Of a stretch of DNA of 64,000 nucleotides, positions 19,354 to 29,091 are shown in pieces. A model generated the notes under the pieces. The model was not told the origin of the DNA. It did not search any database and was given only the letters and a program-made list of their open reading frames with translations. Location of the stretch: positions 1 through 64,000 of the IMG/VR virus record IMGVR_UViG_3300046660_000488; one strand, 5' to 3'. Both the position numbers and the translations under genes were made by a program. Every line of letters starts with the position of its first letter. Within the stretch, counting starts at the first letter, position 1.

Positions 19354-20118
19354 TCAGCCTTGCACGGCGGCGATGAAGGCGGTGCGGGCCTCTTCAGTGG
19401 CGAACGTCATCGACTGGGGGAGGCCGATGTTGGATTGAGCGACGACGTCTGTATAGCGCGCGAAGACGTCATTCGAGTTGTCGGCGATCCACTGGTTGAT
19501 GTTTGCCACGTCCTTGGCCGTGGCGTCGATCAGCAGCAGTGGTTGGGCCTTGGGATGGAAGCCCGAGGCCTTGTGGTTGAACATGCCGTGGAAGGGTTCT
19601 TCCAGCTTCACGCCGAATTGGCTGGCCTCGTAACTGATCCCCTCTTCGATCAGGAACGGCAAGTCGATGCCCAATTCCTTCAGCGCGTCAGCGCCACGCT
19701 CGGAGACTTGATACAAGCCGAGATAGAACAGTCCCACGTAATGGGCTTCGATCTCTTCTTCAGACTGGACAGTGAAGACTTCGTTCAAGCTGGCGCGTTG
19801 AAGAGCCTTCTCGGCCTTGTCTTCATCGTCGTCATCTTCGTTGTCCAGAATTTCGCAGAGATCGACCGTTTCGCCCGTATTGACCTGAGCGAAAATCTCG
19901 TCAAAGCGGGCGATGACCTTGGCGGCGTCCCAGCCGATGATCCGCCCGGTGTTGATGTCGATCTCAAGCTCGATCTCGTCACTGCCACCCTCGCCGATCC
20001 CGAGGCCATCGGGGACGTAGCCGTCGTGTTCGATCTCGCGATCACCCAGCGTGAGGGTCGCGCCGAGCAGCCCATGGGTCGGCGCGCCGATGGACATTTT
20101 GCGGACGGGATTGGTCAT
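19354..20118 (-). CDS. acidic hypothetical protein
   Basis: 254-aa ORF in operon. Confidence 0.7.
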   Translation of the reverse strand: MTNPVRKMSIGAPTHGLLGATLTLGDREIEHDGYVPDGLGIGEGGSDEIELEIDINTGRIIGWDAAKVIARFDEIFAQVNTGETVDLCEILDNEDDDDEDKAEKALQRASLNEVFTVQSEEEIEAHYVGLFYLGLYQVSERGADALKELGIDLPFLIEEGISYEASQFGVKLEEPFHGMFNHKASGFHPKAQPLLLIDATAKDVANINQWIADNSNDVFARYTDVVAQSNIGLPQSMTFATEEARTAFIAAVQG

Positions 20119-21443
20119 GCGACGAGGCCACCGGTCTTTTGGCTGAGATCGAAGTTGCGCTCGATGAAGTCAATGACCTTGCGAGCGGGCGTGTGGCGGC
20201 TGAAGACGATGTTCGGCCCGTGGTTGTCCAGCATGACGACCTTCAGCGACCGGTCATCGGTCAGCCCGAGATTGTCCGACGTGTTCTGGCCACACTGGTG
20301 GCTTCCGCACTCGTTGGGCCACTGCGCGGCCACATTGACCGGGTCCGCGTGGTCAGCCTTCAGCGGGCAGTGGAAGTGGACGATGCAGTCGGCGTCCGGA
20401 TGCTCTTTGAAGATGATCCGCTGCGACTGGCCGCCGACCGAAGGCTTGGCGCCGAACGCGATGACGTTGTCGTCGCCTTGGTACTCGATCTGCACCATGC
20501 CGATTTCGCGCAGGTTGTTGAAGTTGGCCTTGCGCTTGGAGGTGATGATGGTCTGGTCGTTGTACTTGAAGGCGAAGTGACCAACGGTCGCGCCACGGAA
20601 CAGCTTGTAGGCGCCGTGGTCGATGCAGTGGTTCACGACCTCGCGGAGGTTTTCCGGAACCAGCGGCGAGTCCCACGGCACGGGCTCGCCCGGCACGACG
20701 GTCGAGCGGGTGAAGGTGTTGGACGACCGGGCCATGACGATGTCCACCAGACGCTTTAGGGCGGCCTTGCGATCCGTGCCGAAGTCCTCGTTGGTCTCTT
20801 CCGGCATCACGATCATGTTGCGGCGGGTGACCGTGTCGTTGGCGAACACCAGATTGATCCCAGCGCCTTTGAGGCTGTCGAGGGCGATCCGGTATTGCTC
20901 TTCAGGCGTCGCGTTGGTGGTGGTCTTGAAGCCGACCACGAAGATGTCCTTGCGATCCCGGCGGATGGTCTCCAGCAGCTTCGGCGCGGCCGTCAGACGC
21001 AGGTCCACCGGACCATCGCGGCTCTTCAGGCGCTCGGCGTGAGAGCCGCGCGGGATGGGGATGGAGATTTCACCCAGAGAGCCGTTGGCGTAGTTCACCT
21101 CGACCACGTCGGCGACGTAATCGCAGAGCGCCACGTTCATGATGATGACGCGGGTCTCCGGGTCAGCCTTCAACTGCTCCAGCAGTTCAGCAACGTCATC
21201 GTTGGTGACCAGCGTGCTCTGATGCGGCGCGGCCAGCACCGTCTGGTGCAGGGTGACGCGCTCGGCTGCGACACGGTTGGCGACGCTCGATGGAATGGAC
21301 GAATCCACATCGGCGGCAACCCGGCGGACGAACAGCCCGTAGAGTTCGCGCGCCGTGCCGCCACGGGCTGGAGCCGCCAGCGCCAGATGGTTGCGGATGA
21401 AGCTGAGCGTCCCGCCGCCCAGAACGTGGATTTTGTTGCCCAT
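20115..21443 (-). CDS. CoaB/DFP-like domain fused to class II aldolase/adducin-like domain
   Basis: CoaB-like GGGT...GGTA, NVALCDY, VVGFKTT, LVFANDT; aldolase-like HPDADCIVHFH and LDNHG. Confidence 0.7.
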   Translation of the reverse strand: MGNKIHVLGGGTLSFIRNHLALAAPARGGTARELYGLFVRRVAADVDSSIPSSVANRVAAERVTLHQTVLAAPHQSTLVTNDDVAELLEQLKADPETRVIIMNVALCDYVADVVEVNYANGSLGEISIPIPRGSHAERLKSRDGPVDLRLTAAPKLLETIRRDRKDIFVVGFKTTTNATPEEQYRIALDSLKGAGINLVFANDTVTRRNMIVMPEETNEDFGTDRKAALKRLVDIVMARSSNTFTRSTVVPGEPVPWDSPLVPENLREVVNHCIDHGAYKLFRGATVGHFAFKYNDQTIITSKRKANFNNLREIGMVQIEYQGDDNVIAFGAKPSVGGQSQRIIFKEHPDADCIVHFHCPLKADHADPVNVAAQWPNECGSHQCGQNTSDNLGLTDDRSLKVVMLDNHGPNIVFSRHTPARKVIDFIERNFDLSQKTGGLVA

Positions 21444-21453
21444 GTCGGACCCC

Positions 21454-22122
21454 TTAGTACTGGCCAGCCTTCAGCAGAGCTTCGTTGTAGACCATGCCAG
21501 CGGTTATCATCGCGGCCTTGAGTTCGTCGAGCGTGCCGCCGGAGACGTAGATCATGTTCTCGCTGGCCTCGTCGAATTCGATCTCGTCGGGGATGTTCGG
21601 GAACAGGTGGCAAATCATCGGCGAGACGTGCCAGTCGGTGATGCACTTGTTCTTGTCCCAATAGCCCTTGGGACAGGTCATCATGCTGATCGACTCGCCG
21701 TCTTCGCTCATTTCGAAGTCGTCGTCGAACGCGGCGATCACGAAATACATCGGCTCGGTGGTGGTCAGATACGGCGGCGGATAGTCGTAGTCTTCGACCA
21801 CGCCGTTGATCGACGCCCGGTGGCCCGTCGAAGGGCTGGCCAGCATAATGTAGTCGGCGTCATCGTCGGCCGGTTCGGTCAGCACCCAGTCTTGGATGCC
21901 GGTCTTGATCGCGATCATGTTGATCGCGTCCCACGCGGTTTGGTTGTCAACCTGCTGGAGGTCGTCGCCCACCGAACGGATTAGCAGCTTGTGCTGCGTG
22001 TTCTCGAACAGCCGGGCTTCGACGCCGCTGACCTTCCGTTTGCTGAGACGCTTCCACTGGGACGCCTCCGTGCCCGGAAACTTGGCGACGAGGGCTTGCT
22101 TGATTTCGTCAGAAGCAGACAC
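21454..22122 (-). CDS. hypothetical protein
   Basis: 222-aa ORF. Confidence 0.7.
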   Translation of the reverse strand: MSASDEIKQALVAKFPGTEASQWKRLSKRKVSGVEARLFENTQHKLLIRSVGDDLQQVDNQTAWDAINMIAIKTGIQDWVLTEPADDDADYIMLASPSTGHRASINGVVEDYDYPPPYLTTTEPMYFVIAAFDDDFEMSEDGESISMMTCPKGYWDKNKCITDWHVSPMICHLFPNIPDEIEFDEASENMIYVSGGTLDELKAAMITAGMVYNEALLKAGQY

Positions 22123-22138
22123 AGTGGAAGCTCACAGG

Positions 22139-23152
22139 TTAGGGGTGGAGGCGGTGGTTCTTGACCTTCGGCTTCGCGTTTTGCTTGCGGCCGAAGACGG
22201 CGCCAGCCGTGTCCAGAGGGACGTGGTAGAACGCCCGGCCGTCGCGGACCGGATAGGACGGATCGTGGGTCAGGACGGCGTAGCTCTTGCCGTCCTCCGA
22301 GCCCGCCGCGATGGTCGCAGTCAAGGCTTCGTGCGAGGTGGCTTCCAGACAGATGCACGTGCCGAACCCACCGGCCGAGATCGACCAGTCGAGCAGGGCG
22401 TACAGCAGCGGGTTGGAATAGGTGTCGTGCTGGACGATGTGATCGACCTTGTCTTGCAGGGCGCGAACCCGGTCGGCGAAGTCCTCGACGGACTTGACGT
22501 CCTTGCCGAACAGAATTTCCCAGACCAGTTGGTTGGCTGCGTGCGTGCCTTGGGCGATGGCCTTACCGGGGTTCATCGACTCCAGATCGTTGCGGACCAG
22601 AACGTAGAGGATCGGCAGGTCGGCGTACTCGTCGTACGCTTCGACCTCTTCGGCGACCTCGTCTTCCGTCTCCGACATGGCGCGAAGCGCGTCCAGAAAC
22701 TTGGAGGCGCGATCCAGAATGTCGTCGGTGTCGCCGAACGTGTAGGCGCGCCGGAAGCTCTCGGCGGCCTTGAAGACCGCCGCTTCGGACGGGGTCGGGT
22801 CGAAGCTGATGTCGTTGACGACCTCTTGCTCGGCCGCCTTGAATTGCTTCCACAGGGCCGGGTCGATCACGCCCTTGGTCAGGCTGGCGTTGGGGACCAT
22901 CTGGCCGTCAACCACCCGGAGCAGGTGCTGGGAGACCATGATCTGCGTCACGGCCAGAAACTTGCCGAAAGGACCGGTGTCCAGATTGAGATCGGACAGT
23001 TGGGCGGTCGGGAAATCTTGGAAGACCGGGACGTCAGCGGTCATGACCGGGCGCTGAATCTCCGCCAGTGCATCGCCGACATCATAACCAAGCTCGATGG
23101 CTCGGCTGATCGACATGCGGACGAGGACTTCGCGTTCTTTGGCGTCGGTCAC
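22139..23152 (-). CDS. protein with C-terminal peptidyl-tRNA hydrolase 2 (Pth2)-like domain
   Basis: YVLVRNDL.SMNPGKAIAQGTHAA ... D ... T..AVFG; start set at GTG after GGGAG. Confidence 0.7.
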   Translation of the reverse strand: MTDAKEREVLVRMSISRAIELGYDVGDALAEIQRPVMTADVPVFQDFPTAQLSDLNLDTGPFGKFLAVTQIMVSQHLLRVVDGQMVPNASLTKGVIDPALWKQFKAAEQEVVNDISFDPTPSEAAVFKAAESFRRAYTFGDTDDILDRASKFLDALRAMSETEDEVAEEVEAYDEYADLPILYVLVRNDLESMNPGKAIAQGTHAANQLVWEILFGKDVKSVEDFADRVRALQDKVDHIVQHDTYSNPLLYALLDWSISAGGFGTCICLEATSHEALTATIAAGSEDGKSYAVLTHDPSYPVRDGRAFYHVPLDTAGAVFGRKQNAKPKVKNHRLHP

Positions 23153-23191
23153 AAATTTCTCCCTGACAGTGGAGCGTGACACTTACTACAC

Positions 23192-23440
23192 CTATTTGTT
23201 TTGGTCAACCAGTTTTGGACGGTCCCGGTAGTAGAGATAAAACTGCCAAAACTTCAGACATGCCCAAAACCCTTCGGCAAGACCGAAGGGCCAAGCTCCC
23301 TGAAGGAAGCCGTAGGCCGACCCCGCCAGACAGGCGAAGCCGAACAGGAACGTGTACCAGTGGTTCTTACGCTCAAGGCCGTCACACACGATCATCGCGG
23401 TGACGGCCAGAAGCCCGAACCCTGATAGAGGGGTGATCAA
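23192..23440 (-). CDS. small multi-pass membrane protein
   Basis: Three hydrophobic segments, YGFLQGAWPFG..E. Confidence 0.65.
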   Translation of the reverse strand: MITPLSGFGLLAVTAMIVCDGLERKNHWYTFLFGFACLAGSAYGFLQGAWPFGLAEGFWACLKFWQFYLYYRDRPKLVDQNK

Positions 23441-24621
23441 GCGTCTACGGCGTGCGGGAGGAACCGCGCGCTGTCTTCGTCCACGATCAGCTTGGAAGCC
23501 TCGCGGATGCTGACGCCACACGGCTCGCCGCCGACGATCCACGAAGCGATGATCGGAGCATGATCGCCCAGCGGGACGACGCGCTCTTGGTACATCACCT
23601 CGGAGCCCGCGTATCCACCACCGGTCTGGTCGATGACCTGCCCGGCGATGTCACGGATGACGATGTTCTGACCACCGTGGCCGTTCAGCGGCTTGGCCAC
23701 CGACTCGAACCACTGGGCCTGCGGCGACGTCGCCGAATGGACCAGCAGCGGGTGGTAGGCGTTGCCGTCCCACATGTCCACGAACAGGCGGTTGTTGGAC
23801 GCCAGCATCTTCCACGCCGGTTCGATCAGCCGGAGGCGATTGTTCATCGCTTCGTCGATCAGCTTGGGGCCGAACTGGTCGTTCAGCATCCACGCCAGCG
23901 GGCACAGCTTCAGCATCGTGGTGATCGACTGCCCGTCGCCGTCCACGAAATGCTCGGAGTAGTCGTCTTCCGACAGGCCGACATCGGTCAGCAGAAGGAA
24001 ACGCGCATCCACTCCGGCTTCGTTGGCGATATTGCCCAGATAGTCGGCCACGCCTTGCTGATCCGGTTCCGGCATGCAGGTGACGTGGACGAGGCTACCC
24101 CGGCGCCGTTCAGTGTCGGTCATCACCCGCGTCCGGCTCTCGCCTGCGATACGCTGGAACATGTCGAACAGCCGGTCATGGATGCCGTTGAACTGGTTGC
24201 CGCCCGGATAGGTGGCGTCCAGCCATTGGCGCTGCATGATGCTGGCCTCCAGCAGGCCCGAAGGATTGTCCCCGTTGAACGAGATCACCTTCGGACCTTC
24301 GGCGGTCATGGCGATGTTGAACCGTCCGTACAGGGACGGTTGCTGATCGCTGTCAGACCAGCTTTTCTCGATCAACGCGATCTGGTCGGGGTTGTACCCG
24401 TAGAAAATCAGTTCGCGCCGCTCAATGACTCGGCCGATGGTCTCCAGAAGCATCGCGTAGGCTTCGCGGGTTGCTTCGAACAGACCACCAGCGTCAGCGT
24501 CGGTCAGGCTGTAGTAGGCCGATTCATCCCAGTACGGGCGACCCGGCGTGTGCCAGTTGAAGCCGATGTCCGAGGCGTTGGCCTGCCAGTCCGGACGCGG
24601 CGTGATGCTGATGCGCTGCAT
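23437..24621 (-). CDS. glutathionylspermidine synthase family (YgiC/YjfC-like) ATP-grasp protein, degenerate active site
   Basis: PRPDWQ, YWDESAYY, SLYGRF, LLEAS..Q..W, QFN.IH, IEPAWK, SWIVG. Confidence 0.88.
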   Translation of the reverse strand: MQRISITPRPDWQANASDIGFNWHTPGRPYWDESAYYSLTDADAGGLFEATREAYAMLLETIGRVIERRELIFYGYNPDQIALIEKSWSDSDQQPSLYGRFNIAMTAEGPKVISFNGDNPSGLLEASIMQRQWLDATYPGGNQFNGIHDRLFDMFQRIAGESRTRVMTDTERRRGSLVHVTCMPEPDQQGVADYLGNIANEAGVDARFLLLTDVGLSEDDYSEHFVDGDGQSITTMLKLCPLAWMLNDQFGPKLIDEAMNNRLRLIEPAWKMLASNNRLFVDMWDGNAYHPLLVHSATSPQAQWFESVAKPLNGHGGQNIVIRDIAGQVIDQTGGGYAGSEVMYQERVVPLGDHAPIIASWIVGGEPCGVSIREASKLIVDEDSARFLPHAVDA

Positions 24622-24627
24622 GGATGC

Positions 24628-25566
24628 TTACCGGCGACGGCTGGAGGACGACGAGGACTTGTAGCTGCTCGACGACGAGGACGACTTGTAGGACGAGGAC
24701 GACGACGAGGACGAACCCCACGACGAAGACGATTTCGACGGCGACTTGTAGCTGCTCGACGAAGACGACGAACCCCACGACGAGGACGACGGCGCCTTGT
24801 AGCTGCTGCTGCTCGACGGCGCGGCCTTGTAGGACGACGACGCCCAGCCCGACGAGGTCGGCTTGGTCTTGTAGCTGGCCGAGTTGTCGTTCGCGGCCGT
24901 GGCGCCGAAGCCGCCGCGTTTGGCGGTGTTGTAGCTCGAAGCCGACGTGGCCGGGCTGTTGTACGACGAAGCGGGCGAGGCCTTGTAGCTGCTGGCCGAC
25001 GTCGAGGCGGTCACCGGGACGGCGCGAGCCTTGTCATAGGACTTGTTTGCGGCCGTCTGACCGAAACCACCGCGCTTGACGGTCGGCGCCGGAGCGTAGT
25101 TGTCGTTCGAGTACGAGCGAGCGTAGCTCGACGCCTTCGGCGGGTGATAGGTGCGGAAGTTGGGGTTGGAGGTCGAGTACGACCGGTAGTAGGTGCGGTA
25201 GTTGTCGCCGCGCCAGTAGTTGTTGTCGCGCCAGCCGTTGTTGTTGCTGTTCAGCATCTGGCTGATCAACATGCCGGTGATCAGAGGACCGTAGATGTCC
25301 TGACCGTTCTCGCTGCGGCTTTCGCAGTTGCCGTAGCCGAATTGGGCCTCGCACTGCGACTTGGCGCTGTAGCGCGGCGCGTTCTGCTGGGCCGACGACA
25401 CGGCCTGCACGCAGGCGTCACGGTTGGGATTGTCCATCCCGGCCATGCAGTCGGCGACGGCGACGTCAAATTTCGACAGCGGCTGCTGGGGTTGTTGCTG
25501 GCCGCAGGCGGCCAGCGAGAGGCTGACCACCGACATGGCGGCGAGGGCGAGGATGCTCTTACGCAT
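24628..25566 (-). CDS. DUF1190 (YgiB/YjfM-like) lipoprotein with Ser-rich tail
   Basis: Lipobox LAAC; APRY..K..CE.QFG.GNC; P.ITG...SQ; RGGFG motifs. Confidence 0.8.
   Translation of the reverse strand: MRKSILALAAMSVVSLSLAACGQQQPQQPLSKFDVAVADCMAGMDNPNRDACVQAVSSAQQNAPRYSAKSQCEAQFGYGNCESRSENGQDIYGPLITGMLISQMLNSNNNGWRDNNYWRGDNYRTYYRSYSTSNPNFRTYHPPKASSYARSYSNDNYAPAPTVKRGGFGQTAANKSYDKARAVPVTASTSASSYKASPASSYNSPATSASSYNTAKRGGFGATAANDNSASYKTKPTSSGWASSSYKAAPSSSSSYKAPSSSSWGSSSSSSSYKSPSKSSSSWGSSSSSSSSYKSSSSSSSYKSSSSSSRRR
24640..25000 (-). repeat. low-complexity Ser-rich coding repeats (SSSSYK / SSSWG)
   Basis: Repeated CTTGTAG-CTGCTC/GACGAGGAC units on the + strand. Confidence 0.7.
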
Positions 25567-26377
25567 TGGAGGTGGTTCCGATCTGGAGGGGAGCCGCCGT
25601 GGCCGGAGCCGGGGCGCCCAGCGCCGCGAGGCGTTGCGAGAAGGGGAGGCTCGACGAAGTGCCTTTGACTTCGGCGAGAGCGGCGAGAACGTTCGGGTCT
25701 TCGAGCGAGCCGTCTTCGACCTGCGTCAGGACCGTGGCCTTGATCTTCAGGGCTTCGGCGTTGCCGCGCGCGGCGTCCGTCTGGCGCTTCATCGACGTCA
25801 GCGCCGAGTTCAGGCCGTCCGGCTCGTTGTTGCGGAGACCTGCGACTTCAGCCGCTTGGTTGGCGCGCATCTGGGCCTGCTCTTCGGCCAGCTTGGCGCG
25901 GGCCAGTTCGCGGGCGCCCTGCGTCAGGTTCTTCTGGGCCGTCCGAAGGGCTTCAGCCTTCTCGCGGTAGATGGTCTCGGTCTCGGTGACCAGCGCCTTG
26001 GCGTCGGCGGCTTCGGAGACCTCGCGGTCCATTTCGACCTTGGCCTCTTCCAGCGTGTTCAGCAGGCCGTTCAGGCTGGTGGCCAGAGCGGCTTTCTGCG
26101 GACCTTCCGGCGCGGCCTCGTACTTGGCGTTCAGCACCTGCGCGCCTTGTGCGAAGCGGTCGAACTTGGCCTTGGCCGCGACCGCTTCAGTTTCTTCACG
26201 CGCGGCGTCGGTTTTCACCTTCGCCAGCATGACGCCGACCTTGTCGAGGTTCTGTTCCATCATCGCCAGTTGCGCGTCCGAAGCGGTGGACGGGTCGAGG
26301 TTGACGATGGCGTCAGTGACTTCTTGGATGGCTTTCTTGCCGTGCGCGCCACCAAGGGCGCGAAGGAAACCAAGCAC
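25559..26377 (-). CDS. PspA/IM30 (YjfJ-like) coiled-coil protein
   Basis: All-helical Ala/Glu-rich protein with DP motif and C-terminal RLAAL; sits directly upstream of ygiB/ygiC-like genes as in yjfJ-M-C loci. Confidence 0.65.
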   Translation of the reverse strand: MLGFLRALGGAHGKKAIQEVTDAIVNLDPSTASDAQLAMMEQNLDKVGVMLAKVKTDAAREETEAVAAKAKFDRFAQGAQVLNAKYEAAPEGPQKAALATSLNGLLNTLEEAKVEMDREVSEAADAKALVTETETIYREKAEALRTAQKNLTQGARELARAKLAEEQAQMRANQAAEVAGLRNNEPDGLNSALTSMKRQTDAARGNAEALKIKATVLTQVEDGSLEDPNVLAALAEVKGTSSSLPFSQRLAALGAPAPATAAPLQIGTTSNA

Positions 26378-26453
26378 AGGGTATCTCCCGTTGGGTGGAG
26401 TTGGAATAAGGCTCGCACCGTAGCGGGTATTATGGATTTGGTCTACTAAAATC

Positions 26454-26753
26454 TCACGAAAGGGGTTTCGGTGTAACCCCATGATTTTTCATGATATTTT
26501 CCATCGTTTCGATGGCGTGATCATGGTCGCTGATTTTGTCCTCGAATCGAGAAATCATGATTTCAATCATGCGCTCACCGTCGCCGTTGCCCATGAAGGA
26601 CCAGCGCTGCGACAAGTCTTTGTGCTGTGCACGGACGTTCTGCAACTGCAAGGTTGCCATTCGGTGCATTTCCGGTATGACCCGGAGAGGCACAGTTTCG
26701 AAATCTCGCAAGTCACCGTCGTTGTCGTAGATGACGTAGTCAATCTCGTCCAT
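26454..26753 (-). CDS. hypothetical protein
   Basis: Short ORF. Confidence 0.55.
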   Translation of the reverse strand: MDEIDYVIYDNDGDLRDFETVPLRVIPEMHRMATLQLQNVRAQHKDLSQRWSFMGNGDGERMIEIMISRFEDKISDHDHAIETMENIMKNHGVTPKPLS

Positions 26754-27354
26754 GGTGATCCACCGGCCGATAGGGAGGGAGTGTTGCAAGGCGACGCTTG
26801 ACGTCTTCCCAGCTTGCGGGCTTCAGCCCCCAGCAATCGGCGCCGATGTCCGTGCGTTGGTCGCACTCGGCTTCCTTGAGTGAGCCGTGGCTGTGACCAT
26901 AGAGCATGATCGAACCGTGGTGCGACTTGTTCCAGACCATCGACGCATAGTGGAAGATGCAGATCATCTTGCCGTCCAAGCGGATTTCCATGTAGGGCTC
27001 GGACGATTGCCAGAGGCTGGACAGTCGAATTTCCACGTTGTCGTGGTTGCCCCAGACGAAATGCTTGCGGCCGTTCAGGCGCTCCAAGTATTTCTCTTCA
27101 GCCCCATGGGCCATCGCGAAGTCACCGGCGTGGTAGACATCGTCGTCGGGGTCAACCCGCTCGTTCCAGTAGCGGATCATGTCCTCGTCCATGCGCGCGA
27201 CGTCTAGGAAGACCTTCGGCTGACCCTTGTCGTCGAGGACCGGGCGGTTCTGGCTATCGAGGATGGGCTTGGAGTACGGCCGGTTGCAGTACTTGATCAC
27301 GTTGCGATGGCCAAAATGCGTATCGCTAGTGAACCATGTTTTTCTCTTTCTCAT
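26740..27354 (-). CDS. calcineurin-like metallophosphoesterase
   Basis: SDTHFGH, GDF, GNHD, FHY, GHSH. Confidence 0.92.
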   Translation of the reverse strand: MRKRKTWFTSDTHFGHRNVIKYCNRPYSKPILDSQNRPVLDDKGQPKVFLDVARMDEDMIRYWNERVDPDDDVYHAGDFAMAHGAEEKYLERLNGRKHFVWGNHDNVEIRLSSLWQSSEPYMEIRLDGKMICIFHYASMVWNKSHHGSIMLYGHSHGSLKEAECDQRTDIGADCWGLKPASWEDVKRRLATLPPYRPVDHHGRD

Positions 27355-27361
27355 CCACCCA

Positions 27362-27721
27362 TTATGCGGGAGGGAGATATTTTTGGTCAACCACTTCGTA
27401 ATCGGCGTCGATCACCCCGTCGTCGGCCTTCGCCTTAGCACGGGCGCGGAGGATTGCTTTTTCGTGCTCGATCTCGCGCTCGTACATATCGCGCATGAAC
27501 TCCATCATGACCTCAGCTTGAATGCCGAGCGCGATAGCCTTGCGGGTCTCCGGATCGTAGCTGGACCAGTCGTCGTCGAGGTGGCGCGCCTCGCGCTTGG
27601 CCCGAAGCTCGGCCATGCCGCGATCATGCTCGTCCCAGATGTGCTTGGCGTACAGCAGCGGGGCGAAGACGATGGCGAACAGGAAGATGGTCATGAACGC
27701 ATCCATGAATTCACGCATCAT
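27362..27721 (-). CDS. membrane-anchored hypothetical protein
   Basis: N-terminal TM; GGAGG SD. Confidence 0.65.
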   Translation of the reverse strand: MMREFMDAFMTIFLFAIVFAPLLYAKHIWDEHDRGMAELRAKREARHLDDDWSSYDPETRKAIALGIQAEVMMEFMRDMYEREIEHEKAILRARAKAKADDGVIDADYEVVDQKYLPPA

Positions 27722-28163
27722 CGTCCCTCCAAGCCGTCAGTTGGCCCTTTTCCGGAACCGCGTGAACGGCGCTGTCCAGAACCGTTACGATGGCGGGAAA
27801 CAGGCGACCGCCGCCCATTCCTCGGATGATCAGCACCGCGCCGCTTTCTTTGTCGGTGACGACCTCATGCTCGTCCGTGGGATCGTAACGACCGGCCGCG
27901 ATCTCCCGCAGTTTCGCCCGGTGCGGTTCGAGGTCGATTTTCACGACCCGTTCAAGATAGCGCAGCAGCGCATGGTCGCTGACATGCAGCATGTCTATCG
28001 GCGCTTCGGCTTGCCGTATCGCTTCGTTGACCATCGTGAGGCGATGCTGCATCGACTTGGTCTCGCTCGACATCGAGCTTAGGGCCGAGCGCAACTCGCG
28101 CTGCATTTGACGCATGTCTTCCGGCGACAGCCCGAGCATGTAGAGCGGATTCAGATCAGACAC
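27711..28163 (-). CDS. hypothetical protein (SDHALLRYLER motif)
   Basis: Motif resembles RelE/BECR-like phage proteins. Confidence 0.6.
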   Translation of the reverse strand: MSDLNPLYMLGLSPEDMRQMQRELRSALSSMSSETKSMQHRLTMVNEAIRQAEAPIDMLHVSDHALLRYLERVVKIDLEPHRAKLREIAAGRYDPTDEHEVVTDKESGAVLIIRGMGGGRLFPAIVTVLDSAVHAVPEKGQLTAWRDDDA

Positions 28164-28167
28164 TAAT

Positions 28168-28581
28168 TCAGTCCCAGAGTTCAACGGGAACGATGTGCCC
28201 GTCAGATTCAAGCTCGCGCTGCGTTGAAAGCGCGAGGTCGAGCGCTTCCTGATTGCTGTTCTCGTAGTCGCCGTGGTCCTTATCGACCAACGGCGTGCCC
28301 GGCTGAGCCCACCCACCCGGAGCTTCCTTCCACTTGTGGGAGAGGTACTTCCATTCGAGATCGACGGCCAGCCTATGGTCCGTGAACAGCGGGATCGGCG
28401 GATCGGCCATGTAGTGCAGGACGCCGTCGATTTCCTTCAGCCAGCCGCGCGAGACAACGCGAGGCACGCCGTTGGAGAACGTCGCCTTCTCGTCGTAGCT
28501 GATCTTGTAGACCTCGTCTTCCGCGTCATCTTCCAGCCGACGCTGGGAGCGGGATTTCGCGGCCTTGTTCTTGGCTGACAT
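28168..28581 (-). CDS. hypothetical protein
   Basis: Coupled ORF. Confidence 0.65.
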   Translation of the reverse strand: MSAKNKAAKSRSQRRLEDDAEDEVYKISYDEKATFSNGVPRVVSRGWLKEIDGVLHYMADPPIPLFTDHRLAVDLEWKYLSHKWKEAPGGWAQPGTPLVDKDHGDYENSNQEALDLALSTQRELESDGHIVPVELWD

Positions 28582-29082
28582 TCACTCGGTCTCGTTCAGG
28601 ATCGCGCGTTGCTCGGCCGGAAATTCGCCAACGCGGGTCTTGGTCCCGGCCGCCACGTTCACGATGGTGTCGCGCGTGTCAACGGCGTCTTCGATCTCGG
28701 CCAGCACCTTGGCCAGCAGGGCGCGGGCGCCGCCGGTGGCGTCTTGGGTGCGTTCCAGATGATCGACGACGGCCCGGTACAGGTCAAGGCCGTGATCTTG
28801 GGTGGCTCGACGCAGACGGTTGCGCGTCCAGAATTCGTTCTCACGACCGATGCGACGGCCGCCGCTGGCGATCAGGTCGTCGATGGCGCCCTTGGCGTCT
28901 TTCACAGTCTGGAACCACGCCGCGCCGGGCATGTCCTCGACCGTGCCGAATTCGGCCGGGAAGACGTTATAGCCCTGCGTGACCTTGTGGCCGTCGATCA
29001 GGAAGCCGTCGCCGAAATCGCGCTTATGCGTGATCTTGTAGCCGCGATAGAGGACCGCGTATTGGGGATCGGTGTAGAGCAC
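28582..29082 (-). CDS. hypothetical protein
   Basis: GGAGG SD with GTG start. Confidence 0.7.
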   Translation of the reverse strand: MLYTDPQYAVLYRGYKITHKRDFGDGFLIDGHKVTQGYNVFPAEFGTVEDMPGAAWFQTVKDAKGAIDDLIASGGRRIGRENEFWTRNRLRRATQDHGLDLYRAVVDHLERTQDATGGARALLAKVLAEIEDAVDTRDTIVNVAAGTKTRVGEFPAEQRAILNETE

Positions 29083-29091
29083 GGTGACCTC

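Noticed and set aside
24640-25000. Possible CRISPR array or tandem repeat element
   Set aside because: The repeats are irregular Ser-codon runs inside a CDS, with no constant repeat-spacer period.
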